Shown here in pieces: positions 10,468 to 20,314 of a stretch of DNA of 49,448 nucleotides. Positions within the stretch are counted from its first letter, which is position 1. Each line of letters begins with the position of its first letter. This stretch comes from an uncultured Gammaproteobacteria bacterium (GTDB taxonomy: Bacteria; Pseudomonadota; Gammaproteobacteria; UBA9214). The translations under genes were made by a program, and so were the position numbers. A model generated the notes under the pieces. The model did not search any database. It saw only the letters and a program-made list of their open reading frames with translations, and was not told the origin of the DNA. The stretch spans positions 1 to 49,448 of the forward strand of contig CAVYZN010000020.1 in NCBI GenBank assembly GCA_963773065.1, read 5' to 3'.

Positions 10468-11874
10468 GAGCCTTTTCCAATGACACATGAGCCTGAACGG
10501 GGGTCGTGATTCCAACGTGAAATGAGCCTGAAGGCGGTCGGGAGTTTGGGATCATCGGAGGATGATCGTGACTCTGCAGACCCAAGGACTCCAGACCCTG
10601 GAGCAACTCCGTGCCTTCCTCGAAGGCAGCCAACCCATAGACTTCGATGTCCCCCAGCGTGAAGCCGCCAACGACTTCATCGCACAGACCCTGCGCCGCT
10701 TTGGCTATGCCCGTCTGGGCAAGACCGACAAGGGTTTGGTCAGGCGCTACCTGTGCAAGGTCACCGGGCGCTCGCGGGCGCAGATGACCCGCCGCATCGC
10801 CCAGTTCCGAGCCACCGGCCGGATCGATGATCGCCGCCGTGGACCCGCCAAGGCGTTCCCGCGCCGCTATGCCCGTGAGGATGTCCTGCTGCTCGCCGAG
10901 GTCGACGCCCTGCACGGCACCCTCTCAGGCCCAGCCACCCGCAAGCTCTGCGAGCGCGCCTACACCGTCTTCGGCGATGAGCGCTACGCGCGCCTGGCGG
11001 GTATCTCCAACGGCCACCTCTACAACCTGCGCCACGGCACCGCCTATCAGCGCAGGCGCGGCCCCATGGACAAGACCCACCCGGTCAAGGTCAACATCGG
11101 CGAGCGGCGCAAACCCGCGCCCTGCGGCCAGCCCGGCTTCCTGCGGGTCGATTCCGTCCACCAGGGCGATCTCGACGGCATCAAGGGCCTCTACCACATC
11201 AATCTGGTCGATGAGGTCAGCCAGTTCCAGTTCGTCGGCTCCGTCGAGCGCATCAGCGAGCGCTTCCTGCTGCCGCTACTCGAAGCCCTCATCAGCGCCT
11301 TCCCCTTCCGCATCCTCGGCTTCCACGCCGACAACGGCTCGGAGTACATCAACCGCCAGGTCGCCGGCCTGCTCAACAAGCTCCAGGTGAGTGAGTTCAC
11401 CAAGTCCCGCGCCAGGCACACCAACGACAACGCCCTGGTGGAAAGTAAAAACGGCTCCGTCGTGCGCAAGCACCTCGGCTACGCCCACATCCCCGGCCGC
11501 TTCGCCGCACAGGTCAACCACTTCACCCAGAACGTGCTCTCCCCCTACCTCAACTTCCACCGGCCCTGCTTCTTCCCCACCGAGGCGGTCGATGCCAGGG
11601 GACGCCTGCGCAAACGCTACCGCTACGAGGATATGATGACCCCCTACGAGAAGCTCAAATCACTGCCCGACGCCAACCAATACCTCAAGCCCGGCCTCAC
11701 CTTCAAACAGCTGGATGCAGATGCCAGCGCCATGAGCGATAATGACGCCGCCCGTCACCTCAACCAGGCCCGGGCACGACTGTTCCGTTCCATCAACAAA
11801 ACCCAACAACCGGCCGCCTGAACAGACTCACACACCCCCCCCGTTCAGGCTCATCTCTGGATTGGAAAGGACTG
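10468..11874 (+). mobile_element. Apparently complete IS (ISNCY/IS481-like, rve integrase core) with terminal inverted repeats
   Basis: Left GAGCCTTTTCCAATGACACATGAGCCTGAACGGGGG versus right (reverse complement) CAGTCCTTTCCAATCCAGAGATGAGCCTGAACGGGGG, enclosing the transposase ORF. Confidence 0.85.
10562..11821 (+). CDS. DDE transposase, integrase core domain (ISNCY-type)
   Basis: RVDSVHQGD, GFHADNGSEYIN, NDNALVESKNG catalytic motifs; GGAGG RBS. Confidence 0.9.
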   Translation: MIVTLQTQGLQTLEQLRAFLEGSQPIDFDVPQREAANDFIAQTLRRFGYARLGKTDKGLVRRYLCKVTGRSRAQMTRRIAQFRATGRIDDRRRGPAKAFPRRYAREDVLLLAEVDALHGTLSGPATRKLCERAYTVFGDERYARLAGISNGHLYNLRHGTAYQRRRGPMDKTHPVKVNIGERRKPAPCGQPGFLRVDSVHQGDLDGIKGLYHINLVDEVSQFQFVGSVERISERFLLPLLEALISAFPFRILGFHADNGSEYINRQVAGLLNKLQVSEFTKSRARHTNDNALVESKNGSVVRKHLGYAHIPGRFAAQVNHFTQNVLSPYLNFHRPCFFPTEAVDARGRLRKRYRYEDMMTPYEKLKSLPDANQYLKPGLTFKQLDADASAMSDNDAARHLNQARARLFRSINKTQQPAA

Positions 11875-11937
11875 CGACATTGGCGTCAACATTTCTATTG
11901 TGTCGGTTTCATACGCCCGTACAGATCGGTCAGGCTG

Positions 11938-11967
11938 TTTAGTTTGCTTGGTTTTAGTTTGCTTGGT
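11938..11967. repeat. 15-bp tandem duplication
   Basis: TTTAGTTTGCTTGGT twice in direct succession. Confidence 0.8.
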
Positions 11968-12018
11968 CCTCATTAGTCTCTTATGACTTTACTGTTGACA
12001 GAAATGGCGAAGAGTTTG

Positions 12019-13545
12019 TTACTTTGCAGTGGCCAAAGCGGGAACGATACTGAATTCCGTGAGCGAGCAGGCGGCGGCGATGGCGGCGCGCCCCAAGCGC
12101 GTGAGGTAGTAACGATAAGTTCCGGTGACCCGTTTGATCACGCCGAGGGCAAGCAGCCGTTTCAGCTCTCGCGAGAGCGCAGCCGCCGAGGCGTGGGGCA
12201 GCAAAGCCATCAGATCGGCGCGCCGCAGACCGTGGATATTGAACTGCGGACGTTGCAGTGCCCGCAGCAGTTGCTGCTCGGTGCGCTTGAAGAAGTTCAG
12301 GCCCTTGATCGGCCGGTCGCTCTCGCACCGCTCGTCGGTCAGGCGCGAGAGCGCGCGCTGTCCGGCGCTGTGATTGTCCAGCGCGGACAGATACTCCAGG
12401 TAGCGGCGATTGCATCCCAGGAGGATCTGGCGCAGATCGATCAGGCTGTAGATGGATTTCTTCAGCGGCGCCAGTTGCCGCGTGCTGGGTCTATCTCGAT
12501 GTTCCACCTTGCGGTGGTGCTTGAAGAAGGAGACGTCGTTGACGGTGGTTTCGATGCGCAGCACACGGGCGTATTTGTCGTACATCTTCACCTGAACCTT
12601 GCCCAGGCGATGTTTGATGCAGGTCCCTTCGATGCGGGTGGCAAAGCGGTTGCCGATCTCCTGCGCCAGCGGCGGGGTGATCTTCTTGCCGAGAAAGGTG
12701 GCAATCTGTTCGGCCTTCACCCCCAGCACCGCCTGGCGGGAGAGCTGTTCATACAGGGGCGCCAGCATCTCTTGGGAGCGGAACACCAGATCGGTAGCGT
12801 ACTCCACCTGCAGCAGGCTCCAGTGATAGCCTTGCCCGAAGCTCTTGTGCACCGGGCAGCACTGGCGCGCGTAACGATCCAGGATGCGGTGCAGTTGCTC
12901 GGGCTTGAAGCCATCGGCCAACTGTTGCGCGCGCGCGAAGTCATCCAGGCGCACAAAGGCATTGTCCACCTGGGTAAAGCCGATGCGCCGGGTTTTAAGC
13001 TTCTGCGCCAGCCAACCATGGCCGTTGCAATAGAACTGCAATTTGAACGGGCACCAAGTCGGCACCCGCAGGTAACACAGGCCGACGAGCGGGTCGATGA
13101 AGTAAAAATAGTAGTGCAGGCATTTGCCCGTATCGGGCTTGAGGTAGGTCTTGCCGCTCGCCTTGTCATGCCAGGGCTTGTAGCTTTGACAGGCTTCCAT
13201 CGCCGAAATGATGTGCACCAGACCCGGATGATCGCCGCGCCGCTCAAGCACCTTGGCGACCACATCTTCCTTGCGGATGTGGGCTTTGGCGATATGCTCG
13301 ATCTCGATCCCCGCCGACTGCGCCAGCTCCTGCGCGCGCTCGCGGAGCGCCTCGCGCAAGGGCTCGGCAAACCGGGGATAGTCGAAAATCCGAATGCCCC
13401 TCGCGTACAAAAACGCCGTCATGCCCTGCGCATAGCAGGCCCCCGGCAACGTGCCCGTCATCACGATGCGGTCGTAACAGGAGAGCACCCCATGCAACCG
13501 ATCTGCGTACCGTTCCACCAACGCCTGTGTCATCGTCGCCACCAC
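12019..13545 (-). CDS. Putative mobile-element protein: Rep_trans-like catalytic core plus C-terminal winged HTH
   Basis: 508 aa intact; QVEYATD, KMYDK and LRIETT resemble the RxDxAxD / YxK / RxE signature of Rep_trans initiators; C-terminal SRELKRL..LGVIKRVTGTYRYYLT looks like a wHTH; hairpin just upstream. Confidence 0.55.
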   Translation of the reverse strand: MVATMTQALVERYADRLHGVLSCYDRIVMTGTLPGACYAQGMTAFLYARGIRIFDYPRFAEPLREALRERAQELAQSAGIEIEHIAKAHIRKEDVVAKVLERRGDHPGLVHIISAMEACQSYKPWHDKASGKTYLKPDTGKCLHYYFYFIDPLVGLCYLRVPTWCPFKLQFYCNGHGWLAQKLKTRRIGFTQVDNAFVRLDDFARAQQLADGFKPEQLHRILDRYARQCCPVHKSFGQGYHWSLLQVEYATDLVFRSQEMLAPLYEQLSRQAVLGVKAEQIATFLGKKITPPLAQEIGNRFATRIEGTCIKHRLGKVQVKMYDKYARVLRIETTVNDVSFFKHHRKVEHRDRPSTRQLAPLKKSIYSLIDLRQILLGCNRRYLEYLSALDNHSAGQRALSRLTDERCESDRPIKGLNFFKRTEQQLLRALQRPQFNIHGLRRADLMALLPHASAAALSRELKRLLALGVIKRVTGTYRYYLTRLGRAAIAAACSLTEFSIVPALATAK

Positions 13546-13577
13546 CGCTTAGCCCGTGCGTACAATACCTCTTCCTG

Positions 13578-13603
13578 TTTGGTTCCGGCTATGCCGGCTT
13601 AGG
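13578..13603 (-). repeat. Hairpin terminal motif of the putative element
   Basis: TTTGGTTCCGGCTATGCCGGCTTAGG; stem CCGGC-TAT-GCCGG at 13585-13597, about 35 bp upstream of the gene start. Confidence 0.55.
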
Positions 13604-13938
13604 TTAGAATCCCACGTGAACTACAAGTATTTCGACGGAGACTATTGTGGATTACGTCATTGATGACACGGCATTCTGTGATCGAGCCAGTGAAGTACAC
13701 AAAAAACACAGAAAGATTTTGTTGTAATTAGTCTGTGCGTTTCCATGGCAATAGTGACATGGCATGGTGCGGCGGGCTTCCACCGCGCGGTGGCTCAGCT
13801 TCAGTATGAAGCCCCGCAATTGACATACCGCAATGCAACTGTCGGTCAAATGCCGCAAATTGATAACATGTGTTTCAGTGATGCACTGGGCGGCCCCATG
13901 ATGCATGGTCGAAGCGCGACAAACTCGGAGAGACTGGT

Positions 13939-14319
13939 ATGATCGATGCACAGTTATTGCGTGACGATGGCATTCTTGTGGTGTCACCGGTGGACAAGGT
14001 GGAGACCATCGACTTCGAGCGACTCCGGCTGCTGATCGACCCTTACATCGAAGAACATGGCGGTCTGAATGGCCTGCTGATTGATGCGGAATCGTTCCCG
14101 GGCTGGGAGGCCTTTTCCAGCATGCTTTCGCATATCCGCTTCGTCCGTAATTACCACGAGAAAATCGAACGAGTTGCTGCCGTCACCGACAACGGCTTTC
14201 TCGCGATACTGCCGAAGGTCGCGGACCACTTCGTCGCTGCGGAGGTCCGGCATTTCGACTACCAGGACCGCGATGAAGCGCTGAGCTGGCTGCGTACCGG
14301 ATCCGGCAGCGAGCAATAA
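13939..14319 (+). CDS. STAS/SEC14 (SpoIIAA-like) domain protein
   Basis: DF..L...IDPYIE.HG.L.GLLID...FPGW......H..FVR..H.KI.RVA.VTD...AEVRHF......AL.WL pattern; GGAG RBS. Confidence 0.85.
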   Translation: MIDAQLLRDDGILVVSPVDKVETIDFERLRLLIDPYIEEHGGLNGLLIDAESFPGWEAFSSMLSHIRFVRNYHEKIERVAAVTDNGFLAILPKVADHFVAAEVRHFDYQDRDEALSWLRTGSGSEQ

Positions 14320-14349
14320 CACAGCCACCGAACCGCTCTACGCCTTCGC

Positions 14350-14537
14350 TACGACGCTGGGAATCGTCATTGGGCGCTGCTCGGCAAGGTGTTCGGTATC
14401 ATGCTCATGACCTGTCTCAGCCTGCGCCTGGGGCTCGGAAATCTGTCAGCGGGTGTCCAGATGCGGCATATCGTGGGTATCGGATTGCTTGGGGTATGGG
14501 TTTCACGATCTAGATTTTCATTGCCAGTCTGGGTTTT
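14350..14537 (+). pseudogene. nhaA: Na+/H+ antiporter NhaA C-terminal fragment
   Basis: GKVFGIMLM..LSLRLGLG.LSAGV..RHIVGIGLLG then shifted GMGFTI*IFIASLGF, matching the NhaA GKxxGI...GIGFTMSIFI motif. Confidence 0.7.
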
Positions 14538-14559
14538 TACGACGGAGCACAGCAGGGAA

Positions 14560-14964
14560 GGTCTGCTCGGGGTGCTGCCCCGGCTCAAACGTATCGCGCA
14601 GGGCGGGACTGCAGTGGGGACCGGCGTTAATACGCATCCGATGTTTGCGCAACGCTTGGCCGCGAACCTGGAGCGTCGGACTGGCATCGCCTTCCGGCCT
14701 GCGGGCAATTTCTTTGCCGCGCTGTCGAGCCAGGACACAGCCATTGAACTCAGCGGGCAGTTGCGGGTCATCGCTGTCGGCCTGCTGAAAATCGTCAATG
14801 ACCTGCGCTGGATGAACAGCGGCCCGCTGCACGGGCTTGCAGAAAACCGTCTGCCCGCGCTGCAACCCGGCAGGAGCCTCATGCCCGGCAAGATCAACCC
14901 GGTAATCCCTGAAGTGGTCGCCATGGCCTGCGTGCAGGTGATGGGCAATGACGCCGCCATCATG
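14560..14964 (+). pseudogene. fumC: Class II fumarate hydratase internal fragment
   Basis: AQGGTAVGTGVN, KIVNDLRWMNSGP..GL.E..LPALQPGRSLMPGKINPVIPE (signature GSSIMPGKVNP degraded). Confidence 0.85.
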
Positions 14965-14969
14965 GGCAG

Positions 14970-15580
14970 GACGAACTCATCGAAAAGGGTCCCAATATCC
15001 AGCCGCTGCCACAACTTGAAGCCTTGCCGAACCGGATCAAGGGCCCCGTACTACTGAAGCTGGGCGACGATATCTCAACCGACGAGATCATGCCGGCCGG
15101 CGCCCGTGTGCTGCCCTACCGCAGCAATATCGCGGCGATTGCCCGGTTCGTCTTCGAACCGATTGACGAGACGTTCGACGAGCGGGCCATGGATTGCCGT
15201 GATGCGTGCTCATTTTTAGTCGCCGGACACAACTATGGACAAGGATCGAGTCGTGAGCACGCCGCCCTTGCACCGCGCTCGTTGGGGCTGCGCGTGATCC
15301 TGGCCAAAAGCTTGCCCGCATACACTGGCAGAACCTGGTCAATTTCGGCATTGTCCCGCTGACCTTTGCGCATGCAGAAGACTATGATGCAGTGGGAAGG
15401 GACGATGTGCTCCTTATCAATGACGTGATTGCATCGCTCAGGTATGGCCGCTCGCTGAAAATTGTGAACGAGACAAGAGATCAGACCATCGAGGCCGAAC
15501 ACCAGCTCAGCGAGCGCCAGATCGAGCTGCTGGTCGCGGGAAGTCTGATCAGCTACCTGAAGGCGCGCGCGGACGCATAA
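14970..15580 (+). pseudogene. Aconitate hydratase C-terminal swivel-domain fragment, frameshift near 15315
   Basis: KGPNI..LP, LKLGDDISTDEIMPAG, NYGQGSSREHAALAP, AKS|ARIHWQNLVNFGIVPL. Confidence 0.85.
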
Positions 15581-15766
15581 TGTGGTGTCTCCTTTCACTG
15601 ATCCCCGTCTCAGGACACTCTTGTGGCTATACTGTGTCGTAAAGGGTTAGTTCCATTCATGGTCAGTGAATGATTCACTGAGCGAACGGTGCATGCGGCG
15701 GGGCACCCAGCAACAGGCAACGCAGCCGACAGAGTTTATTGAAAACAGCGGACTGGAGAGAAACTT

Positions 15767-16135
15767 ATGTCAAGTGAAGAATATCATGAACCCCTGAGCA
15801 GTCTTGATGAAGAAACACTGGACATGCACCGGGCGTTGATGTCCCTGGTCGAGGAGCTCGAGGCCGTGGACTGGTATCAGCAACGCGTCACTGCGACTGC
15901 CGATGAGGAACTCAGGCACATCCTTGCTCACAATCGGGATGAGGAGAAGGAGCACGCAGTGATGGTGCTGGAATGGCTGCGACGCCGCGACGCACATCTG
16001 GACAAGCAACTGCGGACCTACCTGCTCACGGACGGCGAGATTACCGAAATCGGGGACGATGAGTCGCCCCCGGCCCAGTCCCCGGATGGATCGCTCGGCA
16101 TTGGCAGTCTGCGTCAGAAAGGAGAAGATAAATGA
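15767..16135 (+). CDS. Encapsulated ferritin-like protein (EncFtn/Flp) with C-terminal encapsulin targeting peptide
   Basis: HRALMSLVEELEAVDWYQQR...HNRDEEKEHA..LEWLRR ferroxidase motifs; DGSLGIGSLR cargo-loading peptide; 4-bp overlap with the encapsulin gene. Confidence 0.95.
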   Translation: MSSEEYHEPLSSLDEETLDMHRALMSLVEELEAVDWYQQRVTATADEELRHILAHNRDEEKEHAVMVLEWLRRRDAHLDKQLRTYLLTDGEITEIGDDESPPAQSPDGSLGIGSLRQKGEDK

Positions 16136-16935
16136 ACAGTTTGTATCGTGAACTTGCGCCCGTCTCCGCGGCGGCCTGGAAGCAAATCGAGGCGGAAGCC
16201 AGCCAGGCGCTCAAGCGTACGCTGGCGGCGCGCAAGCTGGTAGACTTCGACGGCCCGCGCGGCTGGGATGCCTCATCGGTTGATCTGGGGCGCGTCGATA
16301 GACTTGAGGGCGCGCCGCACTCGGGTGTCGAGGCAAGCCTGAGAAAGGTTCAGCCGCTGGTCGAAATTCGGGTTCCCTTCGAGCTTGCACGCGACGAGTT
16401 GGAGGCGATCGATCGGGGCGCGACGGATGCCGACCTGCGGCCCGTGATCGACGCGGCACGGACGGCCGCCCTGACAGAGGACACCTGCATCCTTTACGGC
16501 TACGGCGACGGCCACATCACGGGGATCTGCGAGGCCGCGGCGGCGGCGACCCTTCCCCTCACGGAAGACTACACCCGCTATCCGGATGTCGTTGCCGAAG
16601 CGGTGAATCGATTGAGAATGGCGAGCATCGACGGCCCCTATGCCATCGCTCTGGGACCCCGCTGTTACACCGGGCTCACGCAAACACGCGATGCCGGCTA
16701 TCCCGTCATCGAGCATGTGCGTCGCCTGCTCGAGGGGCCGATTGTCTGGGCGCCCGCCGCCGACGGTGCGTTGATACTGAGCCTGCGGGGCGGCGATTTT
16801 CAACTCACCGTCGGCCAGGATTTCTCCATCGGCTACCTCGACCACAGCTCAACCCGCGTCCGACTCTATATCCAGGAAAGTTTCACGTTCCGGGTCAACG
16901 TCCGCGAGGCGGCGATACCTCTCAAGTATGAATAG
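16132..16935 (+). CDS. Family 1 encapsulin shell protein (Linocin M18)
   Basis: MNSLYRELAPVS.AAW..IE.EA...L...L.ARKLVDF.GP.GW; RGGDF.L.VGQD.SIGY..H....V.LY..ESFTFRV; 267 aa. Confidence 0.95.
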   Translation: MNSLYRELAPVSAAAWKQIEAEASQALKRTLAARKLVDFDGPRGWDASSVDLGRVDRLEGAPHSGVEASLRKVQPLVEIRVPFELARDELEAIDRGATDADLRPVIDAARTAALTEDTCILYGYGDGHITGICEAAAAATLPLTEDYTRYPDVVAEAVNRLRMASIDGPYAIALGPRCYTGLTQTRDAGYPVIEHVRRLLEGPIVWAPAADGALILSLRGGDFQLTVGQDFSIGYLDHSSTRVRLYIQESFTFRVNVREAAIPLKYE

Positions 16936-16992
16936 CACATGGAGCTCGTCGATATCGCCCGGCGGTTGCGATCGGCGATTCCGTCTCCGGCC

Positions 16993-18853
16993 TCAGGACG
17001 CTGCGTGGGCGCCGCCGCGAGGATCAATCAGTCCCCGCACGTACTGTTCAATGGCTTGGTGATCGATCCCAAGGCGCAGGAGCAGCTCGGTCTGTGATCC
17101 CGAGCGGGGGTGTGCCCTCACCGCGAGCCGGTGTACGGGCGCGAGCGCGCCAACGGCGCCCGCCACCGCCTCGCCCAAGCCGCCTTCGGCGACGTGATCT
17201 TCGACAACCAGCAGCAACCCGGTCTCGTGCGCGGCCTGCGTCAGCGAGGCTACGTCCAGCGGCTTGACCGAGTAGGCGTCGATCACCCCGGCTGGCGATG
17301 CCGTTCTTGCGCAATGCGTCATGGGCGGCCAGGGCTTCGCGAACGGTGATGCCCGCCGCCACGAGGGTGACGGCATCCTTTGTCGAGCGGCGCAGGGTCT
17401 TGCTGCCGCCGACTGAAAATACCTCATCGTTCGCGTAGATGACCGACGTCTTGGGGCGGGTTGTCCGGGGGTACACAATACCGGGCGTGGCGGCGGCCAG
17501 TTCCGTGAGCCGCTCGACGCTCACGGCATCGCAGGGATAGAGCACCGTGCTGCCGAACACGGCGCGAAACAGTGCCAGATCCTCGAGGCCCATCTGCGAG
17601 GGGCCATCCTCGCCGATCGAGACACCCGCATGGCTGCCACAGATCACCAGGTGCGGGGGGCGCGTGTGGCCGGCCATGCGCACGAAGTCGGCGGCGCGGC
17701 TAAGAAAACAGACAAAGCTGGCGGCAAAAGGAATCTTGCCGTTGACTGCCAGCCCGAGTGCGGTTCCCACCATGTTCTGCTCGGCGATATAACATTGGAA
17801 AAAACGCTCCGGGATTCGCTCTGCGAAGAGCTTCGTGTATGTCGAGTCCTTGACGTCTCCGTCGAGCACGACGATGTGGGGGTTCTTCTCGCCGAGTTTG
17901 CGAAGGGCGTTGCCGAAGCCCTCGCGTGTGACCACCGCGTCGCCGGGGGTATATTCGTCCACGGTGATTGAAGATAGGGCGGCCACGGCGGAGACCGCCT
18001 CTCACCCAAGCGACGTGGGCCAACTTTGAGTGCGATCTCGGCCTCGCCAAGCTCCTTCAGGGCGCGTTCAAGTTCGTCTTCGTCAAGCGCCTTACCATGC
18101 CAGCTGTGTTCCCCTTCGAGAAACGACACGCCTCTGCCCTTCTCGGTGCGCGCGATGATCGCTATGGGTCCTTCCATTTCGGCGGCGTCGAATGCCGCGA
18201 GGATCGCTCCCAGGTCGTGCCCGTCTATCTCCTGAACCCGCCCATCCGAAACTTTCGAAACGCCGCGCGTACACCTGGGTGTCGTGTCGGTAGGGCGTAT
18301 AACCGGACTGCCCGAGCGCATTGACGTCGACGATGGCGACCATATTGCCGAGCGATTGCAGGGAGGCGAACTGCGCCGCCTCCCACACGGAACCCTCCGA
18401 ACATTCGCCGTCGCCGAGCAGGCAATAGATGCGCGCGTCCAGACCGTCGAGTCGGTCGGCCAGCGCCATGCCGTTGGCCGCCGCCAGACCCTGCCCGAGC
18501 GAGCCGGTTGCGACCCTGACCCAGGGATTGTTGGGCGTGGGATGGCCCTCCAGGGTACTGTCGATCCGCCGCAGCGACAGGGGGTCTTCGTCGATTGCGC
18601 CCGCCTCGGCCAGGGCGGCCCAGAGGATGGGCGCGGCGTGACCCTTGGACAACACAAAGCGATCGACATCGCGCGCGCCGGGATCGCTCGGGTCCCAGCG
18701 CATTACGTGGAAGAACAGCGCCGCGACGATATCCGCACAGGACAGACAGGATGTCGGGTGGCCGGATCCCGCGGCGGTGGTCATGCGCAGCACCAGGCGG
18801 CGCAGCCGCTTCGCCATCTGCGCCAGCGCTGGAATTGTCCGCGCGGTGTGCAT
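16993..18853 (-). pseudogene. tkt: Single-chain transketolase with at least three frameshifts (near 18235, 17990, 17290)
   Basis: SGHPTSCLS, DRFVLSKGHAAP, TGSLGQG, GDGECSEG (TPP motif), IAEQNMV, GEDGPSQM, VEDH spread over several frames. Confidence 0.9.
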
Positions 18854-18855
18854 TC

Positions 18856-19365
18856 TCAGGAGAGCCCTTCCAGAATCGCCTTGCAGAAGGCTGGCAGATC
18901 ATCGGGTTTTCTGGAGGTGATGAGGTTGCCATCGATGACGAGCTCCCTGTCCACCCAATCGGCGCCGGCATTGATGAGGTCCGTGCGCACCGAGGGCCAG
19001 GAAGTGACAGTCTTTCCCTTGACCAGTCCGGCCTCGATGAGCAGTTGTGGCCCGTGGCAGATGGCGGCCACGGGTTTGCCGGTGGCAAAGAAGCGCCGGG
19101 TGAAGTCCACCACATCGGCATCGAGCCGCAACTTGTCTGGAGAATGACCGCCGGGGATCACCAGAGCGTCGAACTCATCGAGGGCGAGCGAGGCGGCCCC
19201 GGTCTCCACGCGCTGGCTCGCCTTGCCCTGCTTGCCCATCACCGTTTCTCCCGCCTGCGTTCCGAACACTGTCACCTCGTGACCGGCCTCGAGCAACCGT
19301 TCATAAGGCACGGTGAATTCCGAGTCTTCAAATCCGTTTGCGAGCGGTATTGCAATCTTTGCCAT
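18856..19365 (-). CDS. pfpI: PfpI/DJ-1 family (YhbO-like) protease/deglycase
   Basis: FEDSE...[25 protein letters not shown]. Confidence 0.92.
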   Translation of the reverse strand: MAKIAIPLANGFEDSEFTVPYERLLEAGHEVTVFGTQAGETVMGKQGKASQRVETGAASLALDEFDALVIPGGHSPDKLRLDADVVDFTRRFFATGKPVAAICHGPQLLIEAGLVKGKTVTSWPSVRTDLINAGADWVDRELVIDGNLITSRKPDDLPAFCKAILEGLS

Positions 19366-19467
19366 GGCTGTTTCACCTCCTCTTCAGGATGGCGGACACC
19401 CTCGACGCGTGACGTCGGCAGCGGCTACGCCGCCGTTTTAAATTGAATGCATATGGGTCGGTCGGGA

Positions 19468-20049
19468 CTAGCCCAGATTTCTGGCCGCGAAATCCCAGTT
19501 GATCAGTTCCTTGACGAATGCCTGAATATATTTGCCCCGTTCATTCTGGTAATCGAGGTAGTACGCATGCTCCCATACGTCGATGGTGAGCAGAGGCCTC
19601 AGACCACGCTGCAGCGGATTTTCCGCATCCGAGCTGTTTATCACATCCAAATGGCCATCGGGACGCTTGATCAGCCAGGCCCAGCCGGAGCCGAATTCCC
19701 CGATCGCCGCCGCGGAAAACCGCTCGATAAAGTTATCGAGTGAACGAAAATCGCTCTCGATCTGTATCGCAAGTGATCCACTCGGCATACCCCCGCCATC
19801 CGGGCTCATGCTGTTCCAGTAAAACGTGTGGTTCCATACCTGTGCGGCATTGTTGAAGATCGAACCGCCGCAGGTTTGAATCAGCTGTTCCAGAGTTTTC
19901 TGTTCATCCGGCGTGCCTTCAATACCGGACTTGAGCTTTATCATATAGTCCTGGTGGTGTTTTCCATAATGGAATTCGAGGGTCCGTTCGCTGATGTGCG
20001 GTTCCAGCGCATTGGTAGCGTATGGCAAGGGGGGCAATTCAAATTTCAT
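19468..20049 (-). CDS. sodB: Fe superoxide dismutase
   Basis: FELPPLPY..ALEPHIS..T.EFHYGKHH, FNNAAQVWNHTFYW, FGSGWAWL, DVWEHAYY. Confidence 0.95.
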   Translation of the reverse strand: MKFELPPLPYATNALEPHISERTLEFHYGKHHQDYMIKLKSGIEGTPDEQKTLEQLIQTCGGSIFNNAAQVWNHTFYWNSMSPDGGGMPSGSLAIQIESDFRSLDNFIERFSAAAIGEFGSGWAWLIKRPDGHLDVINSSDAENPLQRGLRPLLTIDVWEHAYYLDYQNERGKYIQAFVKELINWDFAARNLG

Positions 20050-20314
20050 GCTGGCTCTCCTTCTATCTATTCCGACGGAAATTCGGTCAATGGTGCTCTC
20101 GCATTACGTCATGCAAGTCTCTCGCCAGCACGGCTTGCCACCGGTTTACCTCTTCGGCGTCGAGCCGGTGCTTGACGACATACTCGCCCTGCTCGAGTTC
20201 GATATGCAGGGCTTCGATCTCCATTTCCGGGACACTGGAGCGACGCATCGCGACGATCAGTTGACTGACCGCGGGGAGTCATCTGCCGCCACCGTGACGG
20301 TCAGGTTTCGAGCC

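Noticed and set aside
11983-13602. 539-aa + strand ORF spanning the putative element
   Set aside because: Antisense shadow of 12019..13545 with typical antisense composition and no recognisable motifs
13810-13858. Repeated CCGCA motifs upstream of the STAS/SEC14 gene
   Set aside because: Short, irregularly spaced and GC-rich; cannot be distinguished from chance
14389-15057. 222-aa ORF as a functional fumarase
   Set aside because: nhaA/fumC chimera lacking both fumarase termini and with an altered catalytic loop
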